Shown: piece by piece, positions 1 through 8,508 of the stretch
Position numbering within the stretch: position 1 is the first letter of the stretch
How the letters are laid out: each line of letters opens with the position of its first letter
Source: a virus
Lineage: Duplodnaviria > Caudoviricetes
Length of the DNA: 30,217 bases
Direction: 5' to 3' (one strand)
IMG/VR virus record: IMGVR_UViG_3300011335_000573
Coordinates: 1-30,217 of that record
Made by a program: the position numbers and the translations under genes
Notes under the pieces: generated by a model
Database searches by the model: none
What the model saw: the letters and a program-made list of their open reading frames with translations, nothing else
Told to the model about the DNA's origin: nothing

Positions 1-1402
1 TGGGGTAGTTCTGCACGAACCACGGCAGACCAGGGACCATGCGCGCAGGGTTGGCGTACTGCGCCTTGATCTTGGGAAGGTGAAGCTGCAAGTACCGCTG
101 GAGGTGCGTGTCCGCATCCGTCTGCTGGCGGTCCATGAGCGAGAGGTAGTACAGGCCCAGCTCGATGAGTGCGTCGTGGCAGTCAACGTGGATGGGCGGC
201 ACATCCTGGTCGTTGACGAGCTTCTTCGGGCGACGGCGCACCCGCCAGTCCATCTCGTATCGACGGTCCTGGTGCGGGAAGTTTCGGTAGGCGAAGTACC
301 CGTGGCTCTCAGGGAGACGCTTGCTGTAGTCAGGGATGACCGTCCCGTTGTCGGTGAACGAGGTGATCTCGCCGCTCACATCGGTCATCATCTGGAAGAT
401 GGACGGAGCCTCAATCGTCGGGTGCGATGGCGTAGTACCCGTCACCGACCGACGACGGTACACCCGCTTGTAGATGCCGCTATGCCCGTAGCGGAGCGTC
501 GTGTTGTCACCGAAGTTGAGCTGCCAGTCAATCTCGGGGAGCGTGAGCACGACCGAGCCAGCCGTCACCGTGGTCGCAACCGACACGGGAGACGGGGCAG
601 ACTCCCAGAGCGGGTCGAAGCGTCCGAAGTCACTCTGACGCTCGTCGTCCCGGTAGCCCCAGCAATAGGTGAACACGTACTCAAACGTGCCGATGGGCTC
701 CGGTCCCACCCATGTGCCCTGCTCGCCAGCCGCAAGGACCGGGGCGCGCATGGGTGCCTCAAGCTTCCAATGCCTGCTGCGAGCCACGTACTGCGGGCGA
801 CCAACGACGCTGCCACGGATGTTGTCGTGCTCCATGTAGCTGGAGAACGCCTCAGGCAGCGGGACGATCTGGGCAATCTCTGGGTCGTGGATCTGCCCGT
901 AGACCACTTCCATCACGTCGTCATGGAAGAAGAACTCGGTCTGGCTCAGCCGGAAGTTCACGTTCGTAAAGCTTCCGATGGACGACTGGATGGGTCGGTC
1001 CAGCGAGACGAGGTAGTGGTTGTTGTAGGTGCCTTCGGTCTTGTTCTGCCAGAACTCGCGGCACTTGCGGCGATGCCAGTCACCCTTCGAGTCTTGAAAC
1101 TCGATGTCATAGATGCCGTTCCACGTACCGTCCACGGTCGGGTTCAGCGTGCCGCTCAGGCCGAAGGTGAGGACGTAGGCATCCGTCGTGGTCGAGACAC
1201 CGCGACCGAGGTCAACCTGCGAGAAGTCCTTGTTCACGACCAGGTGGTCGATGTCGGGGATGATCGCAGCGGGCACATCGCTTGCCAGCCGGGAGAGCGC
1301 GAGGTTCAGAACGTCATCGAGTTCCGACGAGAAGTTCTTGGTCGTGTCCGCGTTCCACGCACGAATAGTGAGTAGACGGTCGCGCCATTCCTTCTTGTTC
1401 AT
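1..1402 (-). CDS. Head-to-tail adaptor / tail tubular protein A-like, with a large internal insertion (runs off the window at its 3' end)
   Basis: Not in the ORF track because it is truncated. ATG at 1402 follows GGAGG and the frame is open to base 1 (MNKKEWRDRLLTIRAW...). The C-terminal segment 'LVNDQDVPPIHVDCHDALIELGLYYL' resembles adaptor proteins of podovirus-type phages. It lies directly downstream of the capsid genes. Confidence 0.65.
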   Translation of the reverse strand, partial: MNKKEWRDRLLTIRAWNADTTKNFSSELDDVLNLALSRLASDVPAAIIPDIDHLVVNKDFSQVDLGRGVSTTTDAYVLTFGLSGTLNPTVDGTWNGIYDIEFQDSKGDWHRRKCREFWQNKTEGTYNNHYLVSLDRPIQSSIGSFTNVNFRLSQTEFFFHDDVMEVVYGQIHDPEIAQIVPLPEAFSSYMEHDNIRGSVVGRPQYVARSRHWKLEAPMRAPVLAAGEQGTWVGPEPIGTFEYVFTYCWGYRDDERQSDFGRFDPLWESAPSPVSVATTVTAGSVVLTLPEIDWQLNFGDNTTLRYGHSGIYKRVYRRRSVTGTTPSHPTIEAPSIFQMMTDVSGEITSFTDNGTVIPDYSKRLPESHGYFAYRNFPHQDRRYEMDWRVRRRPKKLVNDQDVPPIHVDCHDALIELGLYYLSLMDRQQTDADTHLQRYLQLHLPKIKAQYANPARMVPGLPWFVQNYP

Positions 1403-1418
1403 GCGAACCTCCTACGCC

Positions 1419-1452
1419 AAAGGGCACCGCAAGCATGTAGCCTACGGTGCCC
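1419..1452 (-). terminator. Intrinsic terminator/attenuator after the capsid and cement genes
   Basis: On the minus strand, GGGCACCGTAGGC-TACAT-GCTTGCGGTGCCC forms a 13-bp stem with 2 G-U pairs, followed by TTT. This is a typical position for stepping down expression after the capsid genes. Confidence 0.7.
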
Positions 1453-1471
1453 CCGGTGTCGCCCCTAGAGA

Positions 1472-1957
1472 CTAGGGAACGCTGACGTACGCCGTCGTGG
1501 TCGAGCCAGCCGCGCCGTCGTCCGCGAGAGCGATGGCAATCGCGCCAGCCACTTCATCGGCGTTGGTCAAGGTCGCATTCTTGGTGCGGCCCGACGTAGC
1601 GTCGGTGATGAGCGTGGAGTCAGCGGTGACCGACCCATCGCACAGAACGGTGCCAACACCCTCGGCGAGGATGAAGCCGTAGGACTGGGCGGCGATGGCG
1701 TTCTGCGACACACCAAGGATCTTGTAGCGCGGGGCCTTCGCCGTCACGCACACGATTCCGGTGCCAGCGGACACCGTGGTGGCCTTGCGCTGAACGACCG
1801 TGCCAGCCGCGAAAGCGGTAGCCGCCTCGCTGTTGAACACGTAACGCCAGAAGCGCGTGCCGTAGGTGGCGTCCTTGGTAACGACCTTGTAGCCGAGCTT
1901 GTAGAGCGCGGTGGTGCTGGTCGAAGTAACCGCATCTGCGGTGAACTCGGGGAGCAT
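1472..1957 (-). CDS. Capsid cement/decoration protein (putative)
   Basis: 161 aa, Ala/Thr/Gly-rich, immediately after the major capsid gene, with a GGAGG RBS. The pattern 'LGVSQNAIAAQSYGFILAEG' is like capsid cement proteins. Confidence 0.6.
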   Translation of the reverse strand: MLPEFTADAVTSTSTTALYKLGYKVVTKDATYGTRFWRYVFNSEAATAFAAGTVVQRKATTVSAGTGIVCVTAKAPRYKILGVSQNAIAAQSYGFILAEGVGTVLCDGSVTADSTLITDATSGRTKNATLTNADEVAGAIAIALADDGAAGSTTTAYVSVP

Positions 1958-1986
1958 GAGTATGACCTCCTAGTGATTCAGGTTGA

Positions 1987-3039
1987 TCAGGACGCGCCGC
2001 CAGCAACGCAGCCGTGGGCGGGGAACTTCGTGAGGACCATCTGGTGATGGAACTCGACCTTCGCGGTCACGGCATCCTGCTGCGCGATCTGGTCGGTGAA
2101 GTCCGAGATCGTCATCTTCTGGATGTACACCAGCTCAAGGAAGTCGGTGTTGATCATGTACGTCACGCCAGCAGCCGGGGCAGCGGTGAAGTCCGAGCTG
2201 AGGTTGATGAGGGCAGAAGCGTACACGCCGCCAACGCCGATGACATCCTGGAGGAGGTTGCCCTTGTCCGTGCCCTGCGGGAGCGAGGTGAGACGGACGA
2301 GGTCCAGCTTCGCATCCTGGTAGTTGCCGAAGGTGTCGTCGTCCATCACGATGATGTCCGGGCCACCGTTGGGCTTGCCAGCGAACTGCGCGCACTGACG
2401 GTACGTCTTGCGGAGCTTGCTGATGCCATCGGTCGCGAACGACGTGATGGTGTTGAACTGGTTGTAGTGGAAGTCCGCGAGCGACTTCGTCACGTTCTGG
2501 ACGGGGTCAACCTGCGAGCCGGGGTTGAGGAAGTCAAGCAGACCGTGCGTCACGCCCGTGCCAACGCCAGCAGCGAACTGCCCGTTGAAGGTCGTGAAGC
2601 CCGCAAGCTCGGGGCTGTCGATGGCGATGCCAGCGGACGAACCCGTGAGGAGGTACTTCTCCATGTCAACGGACAGACCGTCCATCGTGACCTTGGGGTA
2701 GTTCTCGATGAGCTTGATGGCTCCGAGCTTGCCCTTGTTCTGAAGGAGTTCCTTCTTCGGGATGTTGATGGGCACCACAACACGGTGGAACTCGACCTGG
2801 TACTTCTTGCTCCGCTTGTAGCGGGTCATGTCCAGCGTCTCGTCGCCGTTGAAGATACCCGTACCGCGAGCGGGCGAGCCGCTCATGATCGGACGCTCGA
2901 TGTAGGTACCGCCATCAGCAGTGATGCGGCCCTTCTTCTCAAGCGCGCGGAAGGTGGGGACGTTCTGGAGGAACGCGCTGACGAGCGGCCCCTTGAGGTC
3001 AGCCAGCGTGGTGTTCAGAAGTTCGACAGAAACAGCCAT
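1987..3039 (-). CDS. Major capsid protein (podovirus-type, HK97 fold)
   Basis: 350 aa from the ATG at 3039 (MAVSVELLNTTL...), with a GGAG RBS. Motifs 'LEKKGRITADGGTYIERPIM', 'PDIIVMDD' and 'TYMINTDFLELV' resemble LUZ24/PaP3-like capsid proteins. It follows the scaffold gene and has strongly biased codons. Confidence 0.85.
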   Translation of the reverse strand: MAVSVELLNTTLADLKGPLVSAFLQNVPTFRALEKKGRITADGGTYIERPIMSGSPARGTGIFNGDETLDMTRYKRSKKYQVEFHRVVVPINIPKKELLQNKGKLGAIKLIENYPKVTMDGLSVDMEKYLLTGSSAGIAIDSPELAGFTTFNGQFAAGVGTGVTHGLLDFLNPGSQVDPVQNVTKSLADFHYNQFNTITSFATDGISKLRKTYRQCAQFAGKPNGGPDIIVMDDDTFGNYQDAKLDLVRLTSLPQGTDKGNLLQDVIGVGGVYASALINLSSDFTAAPAAGVTYMINTDFLELVYIQKMTISDFTDQIAQQDAVTAKVEFHHQMVLTKFPAHGCVAGGAS

Positions 3040-3178
3040 TGGAGGCTCCGTAGTGGGTGAAGGGAGGAACGCTTGCTCGCCTTCCCTGCCCACTCGTCTC
3101 GGTCGTGCCTAATGGCCTACGACGCCCGCGGTGGGGGGTGCATGCTAGGCATACATGCACCAGCCCCTGCCTGCAAGG
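3040..3178 (-). promoter_or_regulatory. Structured leader of the major capsid gene (three stem-loops)
   Basis: Three inverted repeats: GGTGCATG/CATGCACC (~3137-3161), GTCGT-GCC-TAAT-GGC-CT-ACGAC (~3102-3123) and GTGGGTGAAGGGAGG/CCTTCCCTGCCCAC (~3053-3093). Confidence 0.4.
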
Positions 3179-4036
3179 CTACTCGTCGTCGGGTTCCGAC
3201 CGAGCCATAGACTTCATCTGACGGATGGCATCGTCAAACGACGAGAACTCACGCTCACGCTTCATGGTCGAGGAGGGAGGTGCCTTCCCGGCAGGCTGCG
3301 AGAGCTTGACTGAGGCGGGCAACTCGACTGCTCGCGGACCAGGAGGCTGAGCCTTCTGAGGCATGACGGCTCGCACCATACGGGCAGCACGGTCAGTCTC
3401 GTACCCAGCTTCAAGCAACTTCAGGTACTCAGCGAACGCGCCCGTGGGAGCACCGTTCGCATCTTCACTGTAGTCCTCGTAGATGTCGGGGTACTCGGAC
3501 TTGAGCTTCTCCATCTCCGTCTCAGCTTCGCGGTTGGCGATCTCCGTCTCAAGGGCTTCGTAGCGGCTCTTCCAGTCGTTGATGCCAGCCTCGCGCTCGC
3601 TGAGGGACTTCTCCATCTCAGCAAGCTTTGACTGCATCTCGGTCGTGCTGTCGTCTGCGGAGAGAAGCTTCTCGAACCAGTCCCGGTTGGCCTTGACCTT
3701 GTCCATCTCAGCGCGCATCTGCTCGCGCTCGGTGGTCCAGGTCTGCTGGCCCTTCTTGAACTCATCGAACTTGCTCTGGTAGCCGCGCTGCCAGTTGCCG
3801 TACTTGGTCTTCAGACCGCTCTCCAGCACGGGACGCACGTCCTCGGGGAGCTTGGCCCACCATTCAGCCTTGGTGAGGCTCTCAAACTCACCATTCCAGT
3901 CGAAGGGCGCAGCCTCTGATCCACCAGTAGCAGCAGCAGGAGAAGCAAGACCAGCGGCAGAAGCAGCGTCAGAGACTGCGCCCCCTGCCGAGGTATCAAC
4001 TTCTCCCGCCGATGCGGTCGTCGTATCGGTTTCCAT
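3179..4036 (-). CDS. Capsid scaffolding protein
   Basis: 285 aa with an acidic low-complexity N-terminus, a central coiled coil, a Pro-rich linker and a C-terminal helix ('SFDDAIRQMK'). It lies directly upstream of the capsid gene and has an AGGAG RBS. Confidence 0.75.
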   Translation of the reverse strand: METDTTTASAGEVDTSAGGAVSDAASAAGLASPAAATGGSEAAPFDWNGEFESLTKAEWWAKLPEDVRPVLESGLKTKYGNWQRGYQSKFDEFKKGQQTWTTEREQMRAEMDKVKANRDWFEKLLSADDSTTEMQSKLAEMEKSLSEREAGINDWKSRYEALETEIANREAETEMEKLKSEYPDIYEDYSEDANGAPTGAFAEYLKLLEAGYETDRAARMVRAVMPQKAQPPGPRAVELPASVKLSQPAGKAPPSSTMKREREFSSFDDAIRQMKSMARSEPDDE

Positions 4037-4066
4037 GATGCTTCTCCTGCTTGTGATCTGGTCTTG

Positions 4067-4513
4067 CTACATCATCAGCTTGGACTTGTAGGACTTGGCC
4101 ATCTCTTCGTCGACCATGTCCTCTTCCTCCATGTCGGAAGCCTTCGCAGACTTCTTCATGGCGTCCATCTTGGTCTTTACGTCCTCGGCGGGAGGCATCT
4201 CTTCCTCAGAGTCCTCGGCCTCGGCTTCTTCGCCGGGAGCTGCAATCGAGATGATGACCTCGACCAGCTTGGGGTCAGCCGTGATCTTCTCGGCCAACTC
4301 GTCGGGGCTGACCCCGCGCGTGGCGTCGTAGCCCTGAGCCGCAACGAACAGAGCCTTCGCATCGGTCGCTAAGCCCATCGTCTTGATGACCTCCATCAGC
4401 TTGTCGAGCTTGCCTTCCTTCTCAGCCGTCATCACCATCTCCTTCATGCGAGCCTTGATGTCGCCGACCATGCCAGGCATGCGGTCGCCCATGCTCATCT
4501 CATCTGCTGCCAT
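4067..4513 (-). CDS. Acidic, Met/Glu-rich hypothetical protein in the head module
   Basis: Start re-assigned to the ATG at 4513 (MAADEMSMG...), which follows GGGAGG. 148 aa, between the Zn-ribbon gene and the scaffold gene. Confidence 0.7.
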   Translation of the reverse strand: MAADEMSMGDRMPGMVGDIKARMKEMVMTAEKEGKLDKLMEVIKTMGLATDAKALFVAAQGYDATRGVSPDELAEKITADPKLVEVIISIAAPGEEAEAEDSEEEMPPAEDVKTKMDAMKKSAKASDMEEEDMVDEEMAKSYKSKLMM

Positions 4514-4934
4514 GACGAATAGTCCTCCCTGAGAGCGGGTCGTACCCGCGTTGACGTTCACTGATGACCTCGCGCCACTGCGTGGAGTCAAGACCATGTG
4601 CCTGCCGAGTTGCCCAGGCACGATGCCTGAACTCGTCCGCACGCACATGCCTATCGCTATTGCTGGTTTCCACGATCTTCTGGCCCGTGTTGCGCTCGAC
4701 CACGGACTTGTAGGCTTCCCAGTCCTCGCGGGACTCGTAGGTCACGCCGTCGTGCTTCAGCGGCTTCCACATCTGGGTAGTGAAGTTGACGACGCGCACA
4801 CCGACCGGGAGCCATCCGGCTACGCGGGCACCACTACACTCTGGGCACGGGGGAGGCCCGTCAGCGCGACGGTAGACTACGTCGCTCTCCCAGTGGTCTG
4901 CGGTGCAGTGAAGGTCATGCGTCACGAAGCTCAT
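4500..4934 (-). CDS. FmdB-like zinc-ribbon protein
   Basis: Contains 'C-x3-H ... CPECSG' and has an ATGA overlap with the portal stop. Genes of this type often follow phage portal genes. Confidence 0.6.
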   Translation of the reverse strand: MSFVTHDLHCTADHWESDVVYRRADGPPPCPECSGARVAGWLPVGVRVVNFTTQMWKPLKHDGVTYESREDWEAYKSVVERNTGQKIVETSNSDRHVRADEFRHRAWATRQAHGLDSTQWREVISERQRGYDPLSGRTIRHGSR

Positions 4935-6640
4935 ACGAGCGTCTCCTGAGACGTGATGGGTTGAGCCGCTTGCTCGGCCATGTTGGCTTGCGCCGGGGGA
5001 AGGGGAGCCGCTTCGGTCGTACCCATCCCGGCAGCTTGCGCGAGCGCAGCCTCGTCCATCGGGGGAGCAGCGGCCACGCTGGTCGCAGCGTTTGCGGTCT
5101 GGCCAGCCATCGCTTCAGGCGGCATTGCAGGAGGCGGCGGTCCCTTGAACAAGCGCGGGCTCAGGCTGAAGACCTCAAGGAACTGCTTGGTGACCTCGAC
5201 CTGGTCGACCATCGGGTTCGACATGAGGAACTGCATCGCAGCCTTGAACTGCTCCTGGAGGACGGCGCGGTTGCTCTCCATCGGGGAGTACGGCACCACC
5301 TTGAACTGCGCCTTCACACCGTCGAGGGTCTGCGGGTAGACCATCTTCGCCTCACCGTAGCCAGAGAGCTGCACGACCTTTTCGTTGGCCATGTACTTGG
5401 CGATGAGCAACGCCATCTTCTGCGCCACGTCGATGGTGACCGTGTCGATACGACGCTGCCGTGCCGCGAGACGGTTGCGGAGCTGGCCCTCGACCAGGGC
5501 AAGCTCGGTCGCAGTACGGGCACCCGTGACCTGTCCACGCTGGGCGTCGGCAAGGGCAGACACCGTAGCGATGCTCTTTTCCAGAGATGCAGCCATCTCG
5601 AAGAGCGCAGCCGGGGGCTCAGGCATGGGCCACGGGTGGAAGACCGTCGAGAGCGGTTGCCCGTTGGTCGTGCGGATGCCCGTGAGCGAGCCGACCGGAG
5701 CCTCCTGCGCCATCGCCATGTCTTCGCTCTGTGCAGCCGTCGAGTCGTAGGCGACCTTGGGGATGCTCAGGCGGGCAATATTGAGCAGGTAGGTGCGGAT
5801 ATGGTTCAACTCCTCCTGGTTGTCGGAGATGAGCGAGATCTCGCTAAGACCACGGCAGTCCTCTCCGTTGCTGTTCAGCGTGAGCAGGCTGAACGGCACG
5901 TAGACGAGCGCATCCTCCATGAGGGGCTGCGGGTTGTCAGGGTGGATGTGGACGACGCGACCAGACTCGACATCGTAGACTTCGTAGACCGTGACCCACG
6001 GCTGGAAGTTCTTCAGGTCTTGCCTGCTGACGCTAGTGCCCGTGTCCTGCATGAGCCACTTCGGGTACGTGTCGCCGTGGATGCTGTTGGCCCACGATGC
6101 GTACATGCCGCTGGCAACGCGCTCACGGAACTGCTCCTCGCTGAGCAGCGTCGTCTCAATCCAGTAGCGAATGTCGGACGGACGCTTGGCGGCGAGGTCG
6201 TAGAAGACGCCGCGAACGTCGCAAACCTTACTGATTGGGAGGTCGCACTCGGCATCCCACGTCGTCTTGATGACGGCACGCCCGTACAGGACTGCATCCT
6301 GAATAAGCATGGTCAACTCGGAGTAGTAGTCCGTCGAGTCGAGGGCGAGGTTGACCACGCCTTCAAGGCCACGCACGCTATCGTCGGGAGACATGGCGCG
6401 GAGCATCGCAGTGACCTGCGGGTTGCGCGGGGTCATGGTGCTGACCGCAGTCTCGACGATGGCGAACGTGAGGTTGATGCTGGTCGTGATCAGCTCGCTC
6501 TCGCTCGGGCCACCACCCTCCTTGTCCGAGTAGAACTTGCCCTGGTAGAACCGCAGCAGACGGTCGAAGGCGAGCTTCTCGGTAGACCGGAAGACCTCGA
6601 TGTGTCGCTGGATTGTCGGGAGGTACTCGGTGGCCTTCAT
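4931..6640 (-). CDS. Portal protein
   Basis: 569 aa directly after TerL with an ATGA overlap. Helical pattern with 'TPRNP', 'DNQEELNHIR', 'QRGQVTGARTATE' and a Pro/Ala/Gln-rich tail, as in P22/podovirus-type portals. Confidence 0.85.
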   Translation of the reverse strand: MKATEYLPTIQRHIEVFRSTEKLAFDRLLRFYQGKFYSDKEGGGPSESELITTSINLTFAIVETAVSTMTPRNPQVTAMLRAMSPDDSVRGLEGVVNLALDSTDYYSELTMLIQDAVLYGRAVIKTTWDAECDLPISKVCDVRGVFYDLAAKRPSDIRYWIETTLLSEEQFRERVASGMYASWANSIHGDTYPKWLMQDTGTSVSRQDLKNFQPWVTVYEVYDVESGRVVHIHPDNPQPLMEDALVYVPFSLLTLNSNGEDCRGLSEISLISDNQEELNHIRTYLLNIARLSIPKVAYDSTAAQSEDMAMAQEAPVGSLTGIRTTNGQPLSTVFHPWPMPEPPAALFEMAASLEKSIATVSALADAQRGQVTGARTATELALVEGQLRNRLAARQRRIDTVTIDVAQKMALLIAKYMANEKVVQLSGYGEAKMVYPQTLDGVKAQFKVVPYSPMESNRAVLQEQFKAAMQFLMSNPMVDQVEVTKQFLEVFSLSPRLFKGPPPPAMPPEAMAGQTANAATSVAAAPPMDEAALAQAAGMGTTEAAPLPPAQANMAEQAAQPITSQETLV

Positions 6641-8226
6641 GGGTGTATCCCCAGCGTCTTGCGACGGGTCTGCTTGAAGTAGGCGTCGAGGTCAACTGCG
6701 CTCATGGTGGCGGTCTGACCTTCCTTCATCGACTTGGCAGGACGGGTACCTGCTGGACGCAGACCGTAACCGCGCCTGCGGAACATCGCCGCAGCCATGA
6801 GCACGGTCATTGCACGGTCGAAGTGGTGCTTGCCGTGCTCACCACGACCACGCTTGCGGCTCTCGCCATCCCACTGAAGAAGCTGGTGCACCGTGGGCTT
6901 GCTGCGGATCTTGATCTCGTCGGCGCGAAGCATCTCGACCAGGGTGACGATGGCTGCACTCTTCCCCACGCTGGTCGTGTAGAAGCCTGGGTGGGACTGG
7001 CTGGTGTGGTAGAGCTTCGGGCATCGCATGCCGACGAGGGCCTGCACGCATGCCGGGGCGTTGCTCTCGACCACGACCTCGCAGTCCCACTGAGACTGAA
7101 GACGCATGATGCGGTTGGCGAGGCGACCAGGGTCTTCCCGTCCCGACCAGCAGAACGCCTCACTGTGGTCCCAGCAATTCCAGATGGTGATGGCTGAGGG
7201 GTCGCCGTTATCTCCGTAGCCAGCGGGGTCCACCGTCATCAGGTACGGGCATCCCGCCTCACGCTGCTCAAAGGTGTACTCCTCTGCGTCGTTCACAGGT
7301 GTCGCGACCGGGAGCATGGCGAGCAGGGACTCTGGCGGGAGGATGTTCCCCTCGTCGGTCGTCCACCCGTCGTACTCCCCATAGGGGTACTTGTGCCGGA
7401 ACTTGCGCTCGTCACCGATGAACTCGGTATCGAGACGCTGGCGACGGAACGCGAGGTGACCGTGCGTGATGCCAGGTAGCTGGTCGATGAGACGCAGCTC
7501 CTCGTTGTCGGGGACGAAGCTCGGGTCACGCAGCGTGCAGGAGTCGTCCAGCCACCACTTGAGGAAGACAGGGTGGAACTGGCTCTTCCCCTCTAGGGCC
7601 TTGAGCCACATCGTGTGCGAGGTGGTGCCCTGTCGTCCCGGCGTGGACTCCATCACGACGCGGGCGTTCTCACGCTTGGCGACCGAGGGGAAGAAGTGCT
7701 CGTTGAAGTTGTCTTGGTCGGGGAACTCGTCGTACTCCGTGATGACCACGCGGTCGGGAGAGTTGCCGATGGCAGGTGTCCCGGTCGCAGCGGTGATGGC
7801 CTTGATGCGTCCACCGTGCGTGAACTCCAGCTCACGCTTGGCAGGGTCGCGACCAGAGCGTGACGGAATCTTGATGGCGTCCGGCAAGTAGTCGTAGGCA
7901 TAGCGAGCGCGGCCCCACGCCGTCTCAGCCGTGTCGTACTTCTCCGCGATGAGCACACCCTGCACACCTGGGGAGTACATGCACTGACCGAGGAGGTCGA
8001 GGATCATCAGCGTGGTGATCTTCGCCTGCCGATACTTCTTCACCATGACCCAGCGGTGGTCCATGCACGCTTGCAGGACGAGCTGCTGGTTGGGCGTGAT
8101 CTCTAGGCACCCGATGGTTTCGTTCTCGCGAACGATGCGGCAGATCTGCACGAAGCGGTCACGCTGCATGGCTGCGCGGACTGCTGCCCCGTCGATGATG
8201 CCTTGAGGCTCAACCCTGCGCGCCAT
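6637..8226 (-). CDS. terL: Terminase large subunit
   Basis: 529 aa. Adenine-binding 'TPNQ', Walker A-like 'KKYRQAKITT', Walker B 'VVITEYDE', motif III 'ESTP', RNase H-like 'LMTVDPAG...GDPSAITIWN', 'VVESN' and C-terminal 'HHFDRAM'. Confidence 0.9.
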   Translation of the reverse strand: MARRVEPQGIIDGAAVRAAMQRDRFVQICRIVRENETIGCLEITPNQQLVLQACMDHRWVMVKKYRQAKITTLMILDLLGQCMYSPGVQGVLIAEKYDTAETAWGRARYAYDYLPDAIKIPSRSGRDPAKRELEFTHGGRIKAITAATGTPAIGNSPDRVVITEYDEFPDQDNFNEHFFPSVAKRENARVVMESTPGRQGTTSHTMWLKALEGKSQFHPVFLKWWLDDSCTLRDPSFVPDNEELRLIDQLPGITHGHLAFRRQRLDTEFIGDERKFRHKYPYGEYDGWTTDEGNILPPESLLAMLPVATPVNDAEEYTFEQREAGCPYLMTVDPAGYGDNGDPSAITIWNCWDHSEAFCWSGREDPGRLANRIMRLQSQWDCEVVVESNAPACVQALVGMRCPKLYHTSQSHPGFYTTSVGKSAAIVTLVEMLRADEIKIRSKPTVHQLLQWDGESRKRGRGEHGKHHFDRAMTVLMAAAMFRRRGYGLRPAGTRPAKSMKEGQTATMSAVDLDAYFKQTRRKTLGIHP

Positions 8227-8361
8227 CTACTTTTTCTTCTCGCGAGCCTTGGAGAGAGCGATGGCGATGCGCTGCTTGTGCGGCATCTTTGGTTTCTCAT
8301 GCGCCAGCTTCGAGATGTTTGCACTGATTGTCTTCTGAGATGACCCTTCCTTCAACGGCAT
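8227..8361 (-). CDS. Small basic phage protein (MPLKxG...AIALSKAR family, DUF6496-like)
   Basis: Below the ORF-track size cutoff. Translation is [44 protein letters not shown] (44 aa), with a GGAG RBS and a stop abutting the TerL start. It matches a common small-protein pattern in phage head modules. Confidence 0.75.
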   Translation of the reverse strand: MPLKEGSSQKTISANISKLAHEKPKMPHKQRIAIALSKAREKKK

Positions 8362-8508
8362 GCTCTCTCCACGATTCATGCTCAACTAGCGCGACCTATC
8401 AATAAGTGGTAGGTTTTTGCGACCCCGGTCTAGCGGGAGGAGTCGGATGGTCCGACCACCTTGGAGGGCTAGCAGCGCAGGCTGAGGCGGGGTTGAAAGA
8501 GAGGACTC
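8362..8508. promoter_or_regulatory. Divergent control region between the two late operons, with stem-loops
   Basis: Non-coding gap between divergent genes. Contains the near-palindrome ACCTATC-AATAAGT-GGTAGGT and the hairpin GTCGGA-TGG-TCCGAC, nested within CTAGC...GCTAG and CCCCG...CGGGG. Confidence 0.55.

Noticed and set aside
80-1375. 431-aa plus-strand ORF
   Set aside because: Antisense shadow of the real minus-strand gene (<1-1402). It has the V/R/H/D-rich composition typical of reverse frames in GC-rich DNA.
1462-1476. Palindrome CCCTAG-AGA-CTAGGG at the cement gene stop
   Set aside because: A single short inverted repeat without the CCG/AGT architecture. It could arise by chance.
2014-6682. 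Long plus-strand ORFs 2014-3060 and 4961-6682
   Set aside because: In-register antisense shadows of the capsid and portal genes, caused by codon bias. They have no RBS or recognisable motifs.
8400-8500. tRNA, SRP or other known ncRNA in the GC-rich intergenic hairpins
   Set aside because: No cloverleaf, T-loop (GTTCRA) or other recognisable family signature here or elsewhere in the window by eye.
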